Positions 41,301 through 52,088 are shown, counted from the stretch's first letter. The stretch is DNA of 64,000 nt from Cyanophora paradoxa CCMP329 (GCA_004431415.1 QPMI01000035.1:241352-305351), one strand, 5' to 3'. Numbers and translations: made by a program. Notes: generated by a model not told the origin, from the letters alone.

Positions 41301-43149
41301 GACCGAGGGCGCCCCGCAGAACGCGGCGGGGGCGCGCGTTGCGGCGGGGCGGTACCCCGAGGCCGAGGAGGCCCTGCAGGTCCCTACTCCCATCCCCCCC
41401 CCCCCCCTCCCCCCCCCCCTCACTGGCCAAGGGGCGGGCGGCAGCGGGCGCTGGCGATTCGGGAGGCGCGGTTCGGGCCGTCCCACCCCGGCGTGGCCGC
41501 CACCCTGCTCTCCCAGGCCCGCACCCCTTCGCTCTAAACGACCTGAGCGAGCGTTTCTCACCTGAGCGCCCTCTCAGGCGGGCCTGGCGGACGCGCGGGG
41601 CGACTTCGGGCGCGCCGAGGGCCTCTACAAGGCCCGTCCCACCGTACCCCTCCGACTCGGAGATCAAATGTGGGGCGCCTCTGATCATGAGTTTCGGCGC
41701 AGCGGGCGCTGGGGATCTTCGCCCAAAGCGTGGGGGAGGGCCACCCGTTCTTCGCCGCCGCCGCCAACAACGCCGGCCTCCACTTCCACGCCCGGTACCC
41801 CCCCCCACGAGAAGAACGGCTCCGCGGCTGACTCGGCGGCGGCGGCGGCGGCGGGCGGCGGCGCAGGGGGCGCCTGTCGGAGGCGGAGCAGATGCTCTCG
41901 GTGCGGCCCCTCGCGTCTTCAGAGGGGCGACCATCGGACGGCTAACGGCGCCCGCAGAGGGCGCTGGCCGCTCGCGAGGCCGCCCTCGGGCCCGAGTGCG
42001 CCCCCCGGCCACGGGCTCCTCGAGCCCCGCCCGCGGCCGCCCTACGAGGCTCAGCCGCGCCGGCGCGCCCCCGCAGGCACGCGTCGGTGGGCGGCGCGCT
42101 CAGCAACCTCGCCATGGTCCTCGAGGCCCAGGTGCCCTTCTACAAGATTGGAATATATATACTTTCCCTACATGTTCCTTATGATCACACCTAATGGTAA
42201 AGCACTCGCTCGCAGGGGCGGCTGGAGGAGGCGACGCACCTGTACAGGGCCCGCCCGCGCCCGCCCGCGCCCCCTCCCCTCCCCGCACCCTCTCACGGCC
42301 GGCGGCAGCGGGCGGTGGCGGTGGACGAGGCGGCGCTGGGGCCGGGGCACCCCGACGCCGCCGCCACCCTCAACAACCTCGCCATGCTCCTCCACCGCCA
42401 GGTGCGGATCTAGAGGACCAATCCAGAGACACATTTGATCTACATGAGTCACCAAGTCCACTCACTAAGTCCAATTTTCTTCGCCGCAGGAGCGGCTCGG
42501 GGAGGCGGAGGGGCTGTACCGGAGGGCCCTCGGCGTGTACGAGCGCTCCCTCGGGTCGGACCACCCCCAGGCCAGCCCAGGGCCGGGGAAATTTAAATTT
42601 CGTTGAAGGGACTTAAAACCTCAGAGCGATAGCTCAAACTCAAGAGCTTGTCGGGGAGTACGCAGCTTCTGATGAGTGACCCCGCGTGGCAGGTGGCCGG
42701 CACGCTGCAGAATCTGGGTACCCTCCTCGAGGAGCGGGGGGACGCGCCCCGCGCCGAGGAGGCCTACCGGGTACCCCCCTCCAGCTCCCGATCACGTCGT
42801 ACCCCTTCTTGACTTGTCTCCCGCAGCGGTCGATCGCGGTCTTCGAGGGGGCGTTCGGGGCGGGCCACCCGAGCGCGGCGGCGCCGATGGCGTCCCTGGG
42901 TACGCTCCTCGCGCGCTCGGGCCGCGCCCACGAGGGCGTACCCCTTGTCGAGGTCCGCGGCGCTCTAAACAGCAACGGCGTCGCCGCGCCCTCCTCACTC
43001 GCGCCCCGTCTCAGGCGGCGCTGGCGGCGCGGGAGGCAGCGCTGGGGCCGGGGAGCCCCGAGGCGCGGGACGCGGCTCGCCGACGCCCGCGCCGCCGCCA
43101 CCGCTGTCGGCGCCGCAGCGCGCGCCGGGCTTCCGCCCGCGGCCTCTAG
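36351..43149 (+). CDS. DUF4062-NACHT/AAA-TPR STAND NTPase (nephrocystin-3/TEP1-like architecture), multi-exon
   Basis: RTVRVF|..SSTFRDM, RWGIT...LCLLE and SVTELEI (DUF4062). Walker A LLLSGPSGSGKS|ALLANW; Walker B LVLIVDAADQ. Kinesin-light-chain-type TPRs, e.g. ATLNNLAMLLHRQ|ERLGEAEGLYRRALGVYERSLGSDHPQ|VAGTLQNLG. Confidence 0.85.
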
Positions 43150-43271
43150 GTCTAGCAGCAGTGTAGCCGCAGGGCAATGTGTGGCGTTGTGTTATTGCTG
43201 TATTTTTTGCGCTTATTATTTCATTTATGTAGTGTCAGAATCTATCGACTGCGTCAGACTGCCTTTAACAG

Positions 43272-44257
43272 CTACGTCGCCTCTCCGTCGCAGCCGCTGC
43301 GGCTGCGGCTGCCCCCGCCCGCGCCCCCCGCGGCCGAGGACCCCGGGGCGCCGGCGGCGAGCTCGGTGTCGGGGCGCTCGGAGGCCCCTGCTGCGTCTGC
43401 CGACTCGGCGCGGCTGATCCGGTACAGCTGCGTCGCCGGCACCGACGTCGCCTGCACCGACGGTCATTCAGCCACACGACGCCGCAAGCGTAGGCCTTGA
43501 TCGGAAAGGGCGTACCCCGAAGACGAAGACGGAGACGAAGACGGACCAGGAGACCGCCGGCCAGAGCGCCCCCGCGTGCAGCCGCAGGCCCGCCTCCGAG
43601 ACCCCGAGCTCCTGGGAGGCGCGGGGGGGGAGGCGTAAAGGGGGGTACGGCGGAGCTCGGGGGAGGGGCGTACGCGGTGGAGGAGGGCGGCGTAGTAGAT
43701 TGCCGCGAGGCCGACCGGTCCGAACCAGCCCGCTGGCAGCGAAATCAGGTCAGATCGAATCGGATCAGATCAGATCAGATCAGATCAGATCTGAGCGCGC
43801 TGAAGGCGGCCTCGTGCCAGGAGACGATGTGGGGCGTGAACGGCTTCACGAGGAGCAGGACGGGGGGCCGCCGCCCGAAAAGGAGCGCCGCGGCTGCGCG
43901 TAAATTGAAGTTCAGCGTTAGAATAAGCGCGAAGGCAATCCCGAGGGGCTCGGGCGCGCCGAGGAGGGGGAGTCGCCAGCCGAGGCCCGCGAACTGTGCC
44001 CCAGAAGCACATTATCAGAATCGTCGCTCGTGGTGTCGGGGGCCCTGAGCTCTAACTTGATTTCATCGGCCTGACGCTGGAGCGGACCCAGGCGTGCCAG
44101 GGGAGGACGAGGCCGAAGAAGAAGAATGCGGCGATCGCGAAGAACTGGCCCCGCCCCCGCGCACCGGGCGCCCGCATCAGTTGGAGGGAAAAAAAGGGGG
44201 CTTCCTGAAAACGTCTTTCCTGCTCGTGCAAAAGCGCGGCGGGACCAGCGGCTAGCT
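43272..44257 (-). CDS. 3' part of a CPA1-family Na+/H+ antiporter (NhaP/Nha1/Sod2-like); 5' exons not found before the viral element
   Basis: Exons read EQERRFQEA, QFFAIAAFFFFGLVLPW, LLFGRRPPVLLL, GWFGPVGLAAIYYA (family GWFGP motif) and WPVVSWSVFVSVFVFG. Confidence 0.75.
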
Positions 44258-44496
44258 GTTGTATACGCATGGACCTCACACCCGGGCAATTCCGCTTCGC
44301 TCCATAGCCCCCGATTCCATGCGTTTAAAGTGATTACCTCTAGTAATTGCTAAGAATTTTCACCTCACACGTCTACCCCGCCGATCCAGCAACGTCTACC
44401 GGCCCACTCCCTAGGTGGAAGCCAAGCAATATCTGACGACTATACAAGGCAGAGGAGACAACAAGAATAGGCGAAGAGGAGCGCTGCCCCCATGAG

Positions 44497-44782
44497 CGCG
44501 GTCTGCAGAGCAACGTGGCAGAATAGTCTAGACGATATTAATGTGTACAATGAAGCTATCAGAGGAAACACGTTTAGCTTAATTTTAGGCGAAAATGAAG
44601 TGTACATCGAAGCTAACAGAGGAAACACGTTTAGGTTAATTTTAGGCGATATAGATGAGTACGATGAAGCTAACAGAGGAAGCACGTTTAGGTTAATTTT
44701 AGGCGAAATGATGAGAACATTGAAGCAACCAGAGGAAAAGCGTTTAGCTCTATCTAGGCGATATGAATGAGTACATTGAAGC
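44497..44782. repeat. Subterminal 56-57 bp tandem repeats (4 full units plus a degenerate one), probably within the left terminal repeat
   Basis: Units gaagcta(t/a)cagaggaa(a/g)cacgtttag(c/g)ttaattttaggcga... start at 44552, 44609 and 44666, with a more diverged unit at 44722. Confidence 0.9.
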
Positions 44783-45096
44783 ACTTTGTGCCCAAAGAGC
44801 GCTCTGGTGCGGCCTCTGGAGGTGTGTCAATGACGTTATCTTTGTTTTAATTCGGAGGGTCAAGTTCACGAGAAAACTTTGCGGACGCCGTGACGTGACA
44901 CACAAAAGATTGGCGCTGATAGTGCGCAGATAGCTAGCACTACTATAAATGCATTTGCGTACGCGTTTACACCGCCACCTTGCAGTTAGTTGCATGGCTT
45001 AAAGGTTTCTCGCATACATACTAGCAATCAGAGATTGTCTGCGATTTATGCCATAAAAAGATTTCGGCCATCCAATATTGTAGAGACCTATTCATA

Positions 45097-48000
45097 ATGG
45101 ACAGGAACAATCTGAGAGCTGAAATTCGGAGTCTAGCGCAGGAGCTACACAATCTAAGGTACATTAACGGAACATATTTGAACACGCTGATGCGACTAGC
45201 AGACCCACAGAGGGGAACCCACACACAAAATCTTCGAGCTAATCTTTCAACATTGCTTAGACTTAGACAGACGAACCGGCCGCAGCGCCCTTTGTACCAG
45301 TCATGGATAACAAGTCATTTTGAGAACGAACGCAATGCTCGAATTGAAGCCACGCGAGAGTTTGATGAAATTGTAGAGTATGGGATCTCGAATTTATTTC
45401 GCGAGACAGGTCGAGGTGATACCGTGTTAAATTATACACACTATGCATATCCGGGGTTGTTTTTTACCAAGGATATTTTGGATATTGATCCGACTCCAAT
45501 ACCTGAGCGGGTTAAAGAGATCACGATTGAGTTTCTGAGAGAGCTGCGAATTCCAGAGAAAATAGGATCAAGCGTCCTAATTCGGTTTCATTTCGATAAC
45601 TTTAGCATGTATCGCACTCAACTAGCAACAATCGAAGAGGGCACAATGCAGTCGCTCTTGTCAAATCTGGCTGAAAAGATGGAACAATGGATGCTAGCGC
45701 AGCAGCCATATGAAGACAACGACCTTTGGCCAGTAGTGAAAATAGAGGTGCTCATTGCAGAGAACGCTGCAGGTGCACTTGGAAACGTACCAAAACTCCC
45801 ATTCAATGGAAAAGCCCTGACAATGAATAAGATCTACTGTCCGATATCACCAGAAGACAACTGTGTGCTTGAGTGTTTTGAATATGTGAAGCTAAACCCT
45901 GGAAGAAAAAGCCTTGATCGAATTTACAAGCAACTTCAGAGACTGGACTACGGAGGGATTAGAACACAGCTAGGACTGCGGCGAGGAATGATATCAGTTG
46001 ATGTGCCAACGATTAAAAAGCTGAGCGCTTTTTACAGAATAGACACCAGCGTTTTTGAGTTTTCGCAAGGAAAGTTTAAGCTGCTTTTTGCGACCGATCT
46101 AGGATTTGAAAAACGTGCTCACCTTTGTATAGTCGATGTGCACTGCTACCTGATTAAGGATAAAAGAACAACTGAAATGGAGAAGTGCAGTGCCTGCGGG
46201 AAAATGCAGTTCGAACTGGAAAGACACAAGCTAACCTGTCAGTTTTGTGCTAGATGTCGTTGCGCCTACAATCCAATTGAAGATCACACAAACAAATGCG
46301 TTGCCGCCATCAGAAACAAAGGTGTTATTGGAAGAAAGATTACCCCTTGCGAAAAGGAGAGTGAATTTACAGCGATGGATAGCGTGATAGGGGCTGACTT
46401 TGAAACATTTCCTTGTGATGGCAAGACCCACGTTCCATATGCTGTTGACACAGACATAATTTCCAAGGGCGAAATTGTAGGAACCAAGATGTTTTACGGT
46501 CCTGAAACATTAAATAAATTCATGCTATGGCTGGATGGTTGGACAGAGAAGACCACAGTAGTATTTTACAATGGTGCGGGGTTTGATCTGATATTCATAT
46601 ACCGATGGCTGATTGAGAATAGGCCAGACAGCCAGGTGAACGTCATGCGTTCCTCGGGAAAGATTAAGAGCATGAAATGGAAGACGACAGCAGGAGGAGA
46701 GTTGACGAGTTTTGACCCATGCCTACATATTCAAGGTTCACTAAAACAGGCTGGAAAGGACTACGGCTGCACGACGATCAAAGGAGACTTTGACCATCGC
46801 AAGATCAAGACGTGGGCAGACGTTGAGACACACAAGGATGAATGGGGAGAATATCTAAGAGCCGATGTGCGATCAATGACGGAGTTATACATGAAATATT
46901 CGAGTACGAGCTTTGAGCTATTTGGAATAAATGTGAATTCCAAACAAACACTTACAGCCTCATCAATGGCGTTTCAGATTTACCGGCAGCTGATGAAGAC
47001 AGAGCTGCAACTTCCAAAATACAGCGAAGATCAGATTTTTCGCAGAGCAATTTACGGAGGTCGCTGTTTACCATTCAAACGCAAGTTTGTCTCAAAGGGT
47101 CCAGATGATTACTTGGTAGATCTGGATGTGGTCTCTCTATATCCGACCGCGATGTACTTTAACCAGTTTCCTACAGGTAAATTTAAGCTAATCAATGAAC
47201 CGGAGGCATTAGAACGTTTTAGAAAGTTCATGCTAAGTCGAAAAATGGAGCAACTGTTCATTGCGAACATCAGTGCGAAAATTCCTCAGGACCTTGTGCT
47301 TTCTCCGCTACCTCGTCACGAGTCGAATTTGGGCTGGTCGAACCTGAAACCGATCGAGCGCGAGATGTATACATCGGTTGATATCTACAGGGCGATAGCG
47401 CTTGGGGTTGAAATAACAGAGGTTCATGAGGTGTATTTATTTGAGGGAAAGGAGAGAATGTTTAAAGATTACATCGAGAAGTTATACTGTATGAAAGCAC
47501 GTTCAAGGAAGGGAACAGCTCAGTACGCAACAGCAAAGATTCAATTAAATGGTCTTTACGGGAAATTTGCCCAGCGACCCGTGATTGAAACAACGGAGCT
47601 AGTTTCTAATTACCGCCGATTTAAGGAGCTACAGCGGACGTCTACGATTACAGACATCGAAATTGAGAGTGAAACACGGATGTATGCGACATATGAAGTA
47701 CCTGAGAGCAAACGTGATGCTTGTGTGTCGAAGCCCTGTTTTATTGGAGCATTTATTCTGTCCTACAGTCGCGAGATAATGGACAGGTTCCTAGTAAAGA
47801 TGAACTCTTATAAAGACATCGAAGCCATGCCGTTTTACACAGACACAGACTCGCTTGTGGTGCACAGAAAATTTGCAGAGCTGGTGACTGATTGCATGAA
47901 GCGGCCTTACTCTGTGGAGGGGATGTCAGAAGAGGAGGCAAACAGGGCGATATGCGAGAACGAGCTGGGAAAACTAGATTACGATATCCAGGGGCACATC

Positions 48001-48423
48001 GTGGAGGCGTATTTCGTTGGACCCAAGGTTTACTGCTGTCGTTTTGTGAAGGCAAATGGGGAGTCTGACGTGCATGTGCGTGCGAAAGGAATACCGAAGA
48101 GCTGGATAGAAGAGAACTGGCTTTCGAGTGATCCGGAGATGAGGAAGGGGCACCTCGAATCACGGGTCGCTTTGGAAGCGTTCAAGCAGATGCTCGAGAG
48201 CCGGTATCAGCCAGAGTGCACAATTGAGTCTAAACTTGCTCGTGTCTTCAAACCGAATGGAAAGCAACGCGAGGCAGGGATTGGCTTTAGTTCAATCATC
48301 CAGATTCCTTTCAGCAGAGTATTAAATAAGACGGAATACACAAAGCGAAAGATAATTTCGGATGACTATTACAGCACGGTTCCCCATGAGTACATCAGCC
48401 CGAATTCAGGAGGTATACTATGA
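45097..48423 (+). CDS. polB: Protein-primed family B DNA polymerase (pPolB) with N-terminal TP/vOTU-like region and Cys/His cluster
   Basis: Exo motifs GADFET, FYNGAGFD, YLRADV. Pol motifs DLDVVSLYPTAM, KIQLNGLYGKFAQ, YTDTDS, KVY, RAKG. Intact 1108 aa. Confidence 0.97.
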   Translation: MDRNNLRAEIRSLAQELHNLRYINGTYLNTLMRLADPQRGTHTQNLRANLSTLLRLRQTNRPQRPLYQSWITSHFENERNARIEATREFDEIVEYGISNLFRETGRGDTVLNYTHYAYPGLFFTKDILDIDPTPIPERVKEITIEFLRELRIPEKIGSSVLIRFHFDNFSMYRTQLATIEEGTMQSLLSNLAEKMEQWMLAQQPYEDNDLWPVVKIEVLIAENAAGALGNVPKLPFNGKALTMNKIYCPISPEDNCVLECFEYVKLNPGRKSLDRIYKQLQRLDYGGIRTQLGLRRGMISVDVPTIKKLSAFYRIDTSVFEFSQGKFKLLFATDLGFEKRAHLCIVDVHCYLIKDKRTTEMEKCSACGKMQFELERHKLTCQFCARCRCAYNPIEDHTNKCVAAIRNKGVIGRKITPCEKESEFTAMDSVIGADFETFPCDGKTHVPYAVDTDIISKGEIVGTKMFYGPETLNKFMLWLDGWTEKTTVVFYNGAGFDLIFIYRWLIENRPDSQVNVMRSSGKIKSMKWKTTAGGELTSFDPCLHIQGSLKQAGKDYGCTTIKGDFDHRKIKTWADVETHKDEWGEYLRADVRSMTELYMKYSSTSFELFGINVNSKQTLTASSMAFQIYRQLMKTELQLPKYSEDQIFRRAIYGGRCLPFKRKFVSKGPDDYLVDLDVVSLYPTAMYFNQFPTGKFKLINEPEALERFRKFMLSRKMEQLFIANISAKIPQDLVLSPLPRHESNLGWSNLKPIEREMYTSVDIYRAIALGVEITEVHEVYLFEGKERMFKDYIEKLYCMKARSRKGTAQYATAKIQLNGLYGKFAQRPVIETTELVSNYRRFKELQRTSTITDIEIESETRMYATYEVPESKRDACVSKPCFIGAFILSYSREIMDRFLVKMNSYKDIEAMPFYTDTDSLVVHRKFAELVTDCMKRPYSVEGMSEEEANRAICENELGKLDYDIQGHIVEAYFVGPKVYCCRFVKANGESDVHVRAKGIPKSWIEENWLSSDPEMRKGHLESRVALEAFKQMLESRYQPECTIESKLARVFKPNGKQREAGIGFSSIIQIPFSRVLNKTEYTKRKIISDDYYSTVPHEYISPNSGGIL

Positions 48424-49522
48424 TCCAGAAATAGGGCTTCAGTCGGCCACACGTATTGCCAAGAAGTTGAAAATACCAGTTGCCAGAGTAAGAGCAGTGC
48501 TGGAGAAATTATCGACAGCGCAAAGATTTGCGAGGCCGCAGAAAGAGAAACCATTCACAAGTATAACATACGACAAAGCAGAGAAATACTACGAAGTAGA
48601 TCTAATCGACGTGACTCCATACGCCAAAACAAACCGCGGCATTCACTTTATAATGAACGCAGTGGACGTAGTGACTCGGAAAGCCTACAGCATTCCAATG
48701 AAGAACAAGAGCGAAAGTACACTCCTTTCAACACTACGGAAACTCATAGATAGTTTTCCAGCCAAGCCGGATATTATTCAGACAGATCAGGAGTTTAAAG
48801 CTTCAGCTGGTAGTTTGTTAGAAGCTGAGGGAATTAAGCACAATGCTGTGGAAGCGCATCGACCGCAAGCCAACGGCAAAATAGAGAGATTTAATGGAAC
48901 TTTGAAGCGAATTATTGCACGGTATATGGAGGCATATGACACGGATAGGTACATCGACAAGCTGCCCGCATTTGTGCGTAATTATAATTCGTCAGAGCAT
49001 AGGTCAATTGGTACATCGCCAAACGCTGCAGCAGAGAATCCGAAGGAAACTATTGCACGCAACGACTACCAGAGAGAAGTGTACGAGCAGCAACACTACC
49101 TGAAGGAGGACGAATTTAAAGTAGGCGATCGCGTGCGGGTGCAGCTAGAGAAAAAACGTTTCGACAAATCTTCAAAGCCGACGTATTCAAAAGAAATCTA
49201 TACGATTATGGAGATAGGTGGCTTTGGACCGCTGCTCAAATTTACGCTTTCGGGCTACAACAAAGCGGTGAACTACCAGCAACTTTTAAAGGTCCCAGTA
49301 GATTCAGAGGAACGTCGTGCGGGAAATGCAGCACAGAGAGCAATGCAACGACGAAAGAAGGAGCTAAATCTGATGCGAGAGAACTTAGATCGAGTGGACA
49401 TTGAAAAAAATAAGAAGCTGCTTCGCCTTCAAAAGCAACTTGCGACAGCTGGAACTGTCAAGTTAAATCCTGGTGGAATATTAGAGAGAACAAAGACCAG
49501 AAGGCTAGTCAAACGGCTATAA
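48386..49522 (+). CDS. Retrovirus-like (RVE) DDE integrase
   Basis: YYDP N-terminus, VDLIDV...VDVVTRKAY, IQTDQEF, NGKIERFNGTLK, YNSSEHRSIGTSP, FKVGDRVR. Overlaps the end of polB. Confidence 0.95.
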   Translation: MSTSARIQEVYYDPEIGLQSATRIAKKLKIPVARVRAVLEKLSTAQRFARPQKEKPFTSITYDKAEKYYEVDLIDVTPYAKTNRGIHFIMNAVDVVTRKAYSIPMKNKSESTLLSTLRKLIDSFPAKPDIIQTDQEFKASAGSLLEAEGIKHNAVEAHRPQANGKIERFNGTLKRIIARYMEAYDTDRYIDKLPAFVRNYNSSEHRSIGTSPNAAAENPKETIARNDYQREVYEQQHYLKEDEFKVGDRVRVQLEKKRFDKSSKPTYSKEIYTIMEIGGFGPLLKFTLSGYNKAVNYQQLLKVPVDSEERRAGNAAQRAMQRRKKELNLMRENLDRVDIEKNKKLLRLQKQLATAGTVKLNPGGILERTKTRRLVKRL

Positions 49523-49784
49523 CAACACATTGTTGGAGGGACTCTAGAAGCGCTAACTTTTCGTAAATTCGACTGCGATAGCGGCGATTGGCCTCTAAAT
49601 GATTCTCGCTGTTGTTCTGCTGGTACCTCGAGCTGGCTTCTATGTGTCGTCTGCGAAATTCTGGATCTTCGTTGTAACGACGGCGATGGCTCTCAGCACG
49701 CTTTGCTTTTCGTGCAGCAGCGATTTCAGGGGTGACAACAATTGGTTTGCGACCACGCTGTTTAGTTGATGATTCAACATCCAT
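49509..49784 (-). CDS. Small basic hypothetical protein, possibly DNA-binding
   Basis: MDVESSTKQRGRKP... Arg/Lys-rich helical protein of ~91 aa; its stop overlaps the integrase end. Confidence 0.55.
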   Translation of the reverse strand: MDVESSTKQRGRKPIVVTPEIAAARKAKRAESHRRRYNEDPEFRRRHIEASSRYQQNNSENHLEANRRYRSRIYEKLALLESLQQCVVIAV

Positions 49785-49894
49785 TTCTTTGATTTTCTCG
49801 TCACAAACAAGGTGCGAAATCTTTTTATGGCATAAATCGCAGGTTTGTGTTGCGTTAAATTTTCGAACATAAAATCCGAGATATAATTCAAAGA

Positions 49895-50155
49895 ATGGCC
49901 GCAGGAACAATTCGATTTGGAAAGTACCGCGGTGAGACTCATTTGAAGGTTGTTTTAACCGATCCGAAATATGCCGAATGGCTAATGTCTTGGGAACATC
50001 TGCGTGAGTACGATAAGAGGCAATTGCAGCGTGCTTTTGAAATATGTCAATCGAACGATCTGTCAACAGTAAACGGGATGCTTGAATATGTAGAGCGAGA
50101 GAGGAAACCAACTGTAGAAGATCTTACAGATTTGCCCGATTTTGACTTGTCTTAA
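49895..50155 (+). CDS. Small DUF3820/exonuclease X C-terminal-like protein
   Basis: IRFGKYRGET...DPKYAEWL matches the FGK(Y/H)xG...pxYxxW motif. Confidence 0.7.
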   Translation: MAAGTIRFGKYRGETHLKVVLTDPKYAEWLMSWEHLREYDKRQLQRAFEICQSNDLSTVNGMLEYVERERKPTVEDLTDLPDFDLS

Positions 50156-50188
50156 AGAGATCGCAATCTCAGATTGTAAAGAAGAGAT

Positions 50189-50755
50189 ATGGAGACAATT
50201 CCAGATGTCTCTGAAGGAGCTGTTGCTATCCCGCTTGGTGGAATCCGCAATCATCGTCGAGTAATTATCGCCTACGCCCTTGTTTCACAGGAAGATGCTG
50301 TGCGAGTGCTTGGATTCCGCTGGTGTTTGATGTATGGATATGCTCGAACCCTAATCAATGGAAAAACCGTGTTCTTGCACAACTACATCAGCGGCGTATT
50401 AGAGAACGGATTAACTGTTGATCATATAAATCTGAACAAGCTTGATAACCGCCGCGAAAATCTTCGACTGGCAACAAAGCGGCAGCAACAGCTGAACCGA
50501 GGACAGTTCCGAAATAACACATCAGGATTCATTGGTGTTTACTTCGATCAGAGATGTGGTAAATGGAAGGCGGAATATCGGATAAATGGTCGCAAAAAGC
50601 ACATCGGATACTTTACTACTGCTGAGGCAGCAGCGAGAGCCCGCGATGCTTACGCTCTAGAACATACTTCAGCTGAGGACCGTCCATTCCTGCGTCTAAA
50701 TTTCACAGACGAATCCGTCTCCCACCAAGAGCACCCTTCAGTTGCGACCCAGTAG
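50189..50755 (+). CDS. HNH endonuclease fused to an AP2 DNA-binding domain (phage-type homing endonuclease)
   Basis: VDHINLNKLDNRRENLR (HNH_3) followed by NTSGFIGVY...KWKAEY...HIGYFTTAEAAARARD (AP2). Confidence 0.92.
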   Translation: METIPDVSEGAVAIPLGGIRNHRRVIIAYALVSQEDAVRVLGFRWCLMYGYARTLINGKTVFLHNYISGVLENGLTVDHINLNKLDNRRENLRLATKRQQQLNRGQFRNNTSGFIGVYFDQRCGKWKAEYRINGRKKHIGYFTTAEAAARARDAYALEHTSAEDRPFLRLNFTDESVSHQEHPSVATQ

Positions 50756-51332
50756 AATTTGGTTCAGAAACGTTGGGAGTTGCTGGCTTTACTTCGGCAG
50801 AATCGAGAACTTGTGAAGCCTTTATTTTTTCATTTTTCAGATACCGCAAATCCGGTACGTCAACAGGTCTGTGCTTAAAAATCTCGCTTCGCAACATCTC
50901 GCGGATCTTAGCTCTTTCTTGCTTGTCTTTTACATACGATTCGATATTAGCTGATCGAGCCTCGAGATCTCGCAATTTAGCTGTTAGTTCCTCGATCTGA
51001 CTCTTTGATACTGTTGCTGTCTTGATTTTTGGCCCTGAATAACGTGGTTCAGATGCCATGGCTTGGATAATTCTAGCAGCATCCTCATCAATATCAGACT
51101 GCATTTCGTTTACAGTTTTAGCCTGGCTTTGTCGGTCGTCAACCGCACTTGCGTTAGCTGCTGCGGACGCAATTGTTTTCGCTACGGGTGCATTTAGTTT
51201 GGGGTCACTAGCTAGTTCCCCGCTAGGATTAGCAACAGCTGCGCCTTCAGTCGACCCACTTTCAACGAGTGGTTCAACAACATTAACCTTGCGTCTTTCA
51301 CGATATCCCTTCTTAGGAATCCCTTTTGCCAT
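50703..51332 (-). CDS. Hypothetical viral protein with a coiled coil
   Basis: Intact 209-aa ATG ORF co-oriented with the ATPase, starting 9 nt after its stop. Confidence 0.6.
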   Translation of the reverse strand: MAKGIPKKGYRERRKVNVVEPLVESGSTEGAAVANPSGELASDPKLNAPVAKTIASAAANASAVDDRQSQAKTVNEMQSDIDEDAARIIQAMASEPRYSGPKIKTATVSKSQIEELTAKLRDLEARSANIESYVKDKQERAKIREMLRSEIFKHRPVDVPDLRYLKNEKIKASQVLDSAEVKPATPNVSEPNSTGSQLKGALGGRRIRL

Positions 51333-51341
51333 CTTCTGTTC

Positions 51342-52088
51342 TTAAGATAAGAATTTAAAACGCTTCTTTTTGGGATGAACAGGCGAAGACTCTTCTTTTT
51401 TAGACTCTTCTTCTTGTCTTAGCCACTTAGAGAAACGAAAGCTCTTGTCTTCAGCAGCCTTGTCAACGTACCAGGCAGTATCATATTTAGTTCCATCCAG
51501 GACTAGGCACTGATAATCGTGCGCCCAGGTTTCAAACAAGGCTAAGAACTCATCCTTTGGAAGGTGTGAAAACTCTCTATAAATTGTCTCCAGTTCGGTG
51601 TGATTTGAATAACTGAAGAAAAAACAATAGTCAGAGTTCGATCTTATAGACTGACTCAAAGCAGTCAATTTTTGGGTCATTAGAATAGTTGAAATGTTAA
51701 AATGACGGCCCTGCGTAAAAAGTCGATTTACAGTCTTGCTATTTCGCAGATCAACAGTTTCAGAGGCAGCAACAAGATCGTCCAATACAAGCAATATCTG
51801 CGGCGCTTTCTTTTTGTTTTCAATCAAATTGCGCTGTGAATCAATGATTTCTGCAACAATGGCGGGCTGAAAATCGTCGTAAAGCTCTTTAGTTATTGCA
51901 GAATACTCGCCGTTGAATTTGGTGGCGGTAAACACAACGACTCGATTAATCTTTGGATATAACAGTCTAAGTAAATGCTTTGTGCAATAGAAAGACTTGC
52001 CGCTATTGGACTTCGATATAAATAGGGCTTTGAATGGTACCCTCATATCGCTAGGCTGGAACTGTGCGAGCTCGTCTGACCCATCCAT
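51342..52088 (-). CDS. A32/FtsK-like genome-packaging ATPase
   Basis: Walker A variant ISKSNSGKS, Walker B ILLVLDD, and LFTQGRHFNISTILMTQ...IRSNSDY. Confidence 0.95.
   Translation of the reverse strand: MDGSDELAQFQPSDMRVPFKALFISKSNSGKSFYCTKHLLRLLYPKINRVVVFTATKFNGEYSAITKELYDDFQPAIVAEIIDSQRNLIENKKKAPQILLVLDDLVAASETVDLRNSKTVNRLFTQGRHFNISTILMTQKLTALSQSIRSNSDYCFFFSYSNHTELETIYREFSHLPKDEFLALFETWAHDYQCLVLDGTKYDTAWYVDKAAEDKSFRFSKWLRQEEESKKEESSPVHPKKKRFKFLS

Noticed and set aside
7456-44300. Hundreds of long Arg/Gly/Pro/Ala-rich ORFs in the ORF track
   Set aside because: Shadow ORFs of very GC-rich, intron-containing DNA. Only motif-supported spliced frames were accepted.
44552-44782. CRISPR-like repeat-spacer array
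   Set aside because: The variable parts are only ~17 bp and resemble each other (atgagtaca-like), there are no cas genes, and the context is eukaryotic/viral. It is a tandem repeat.
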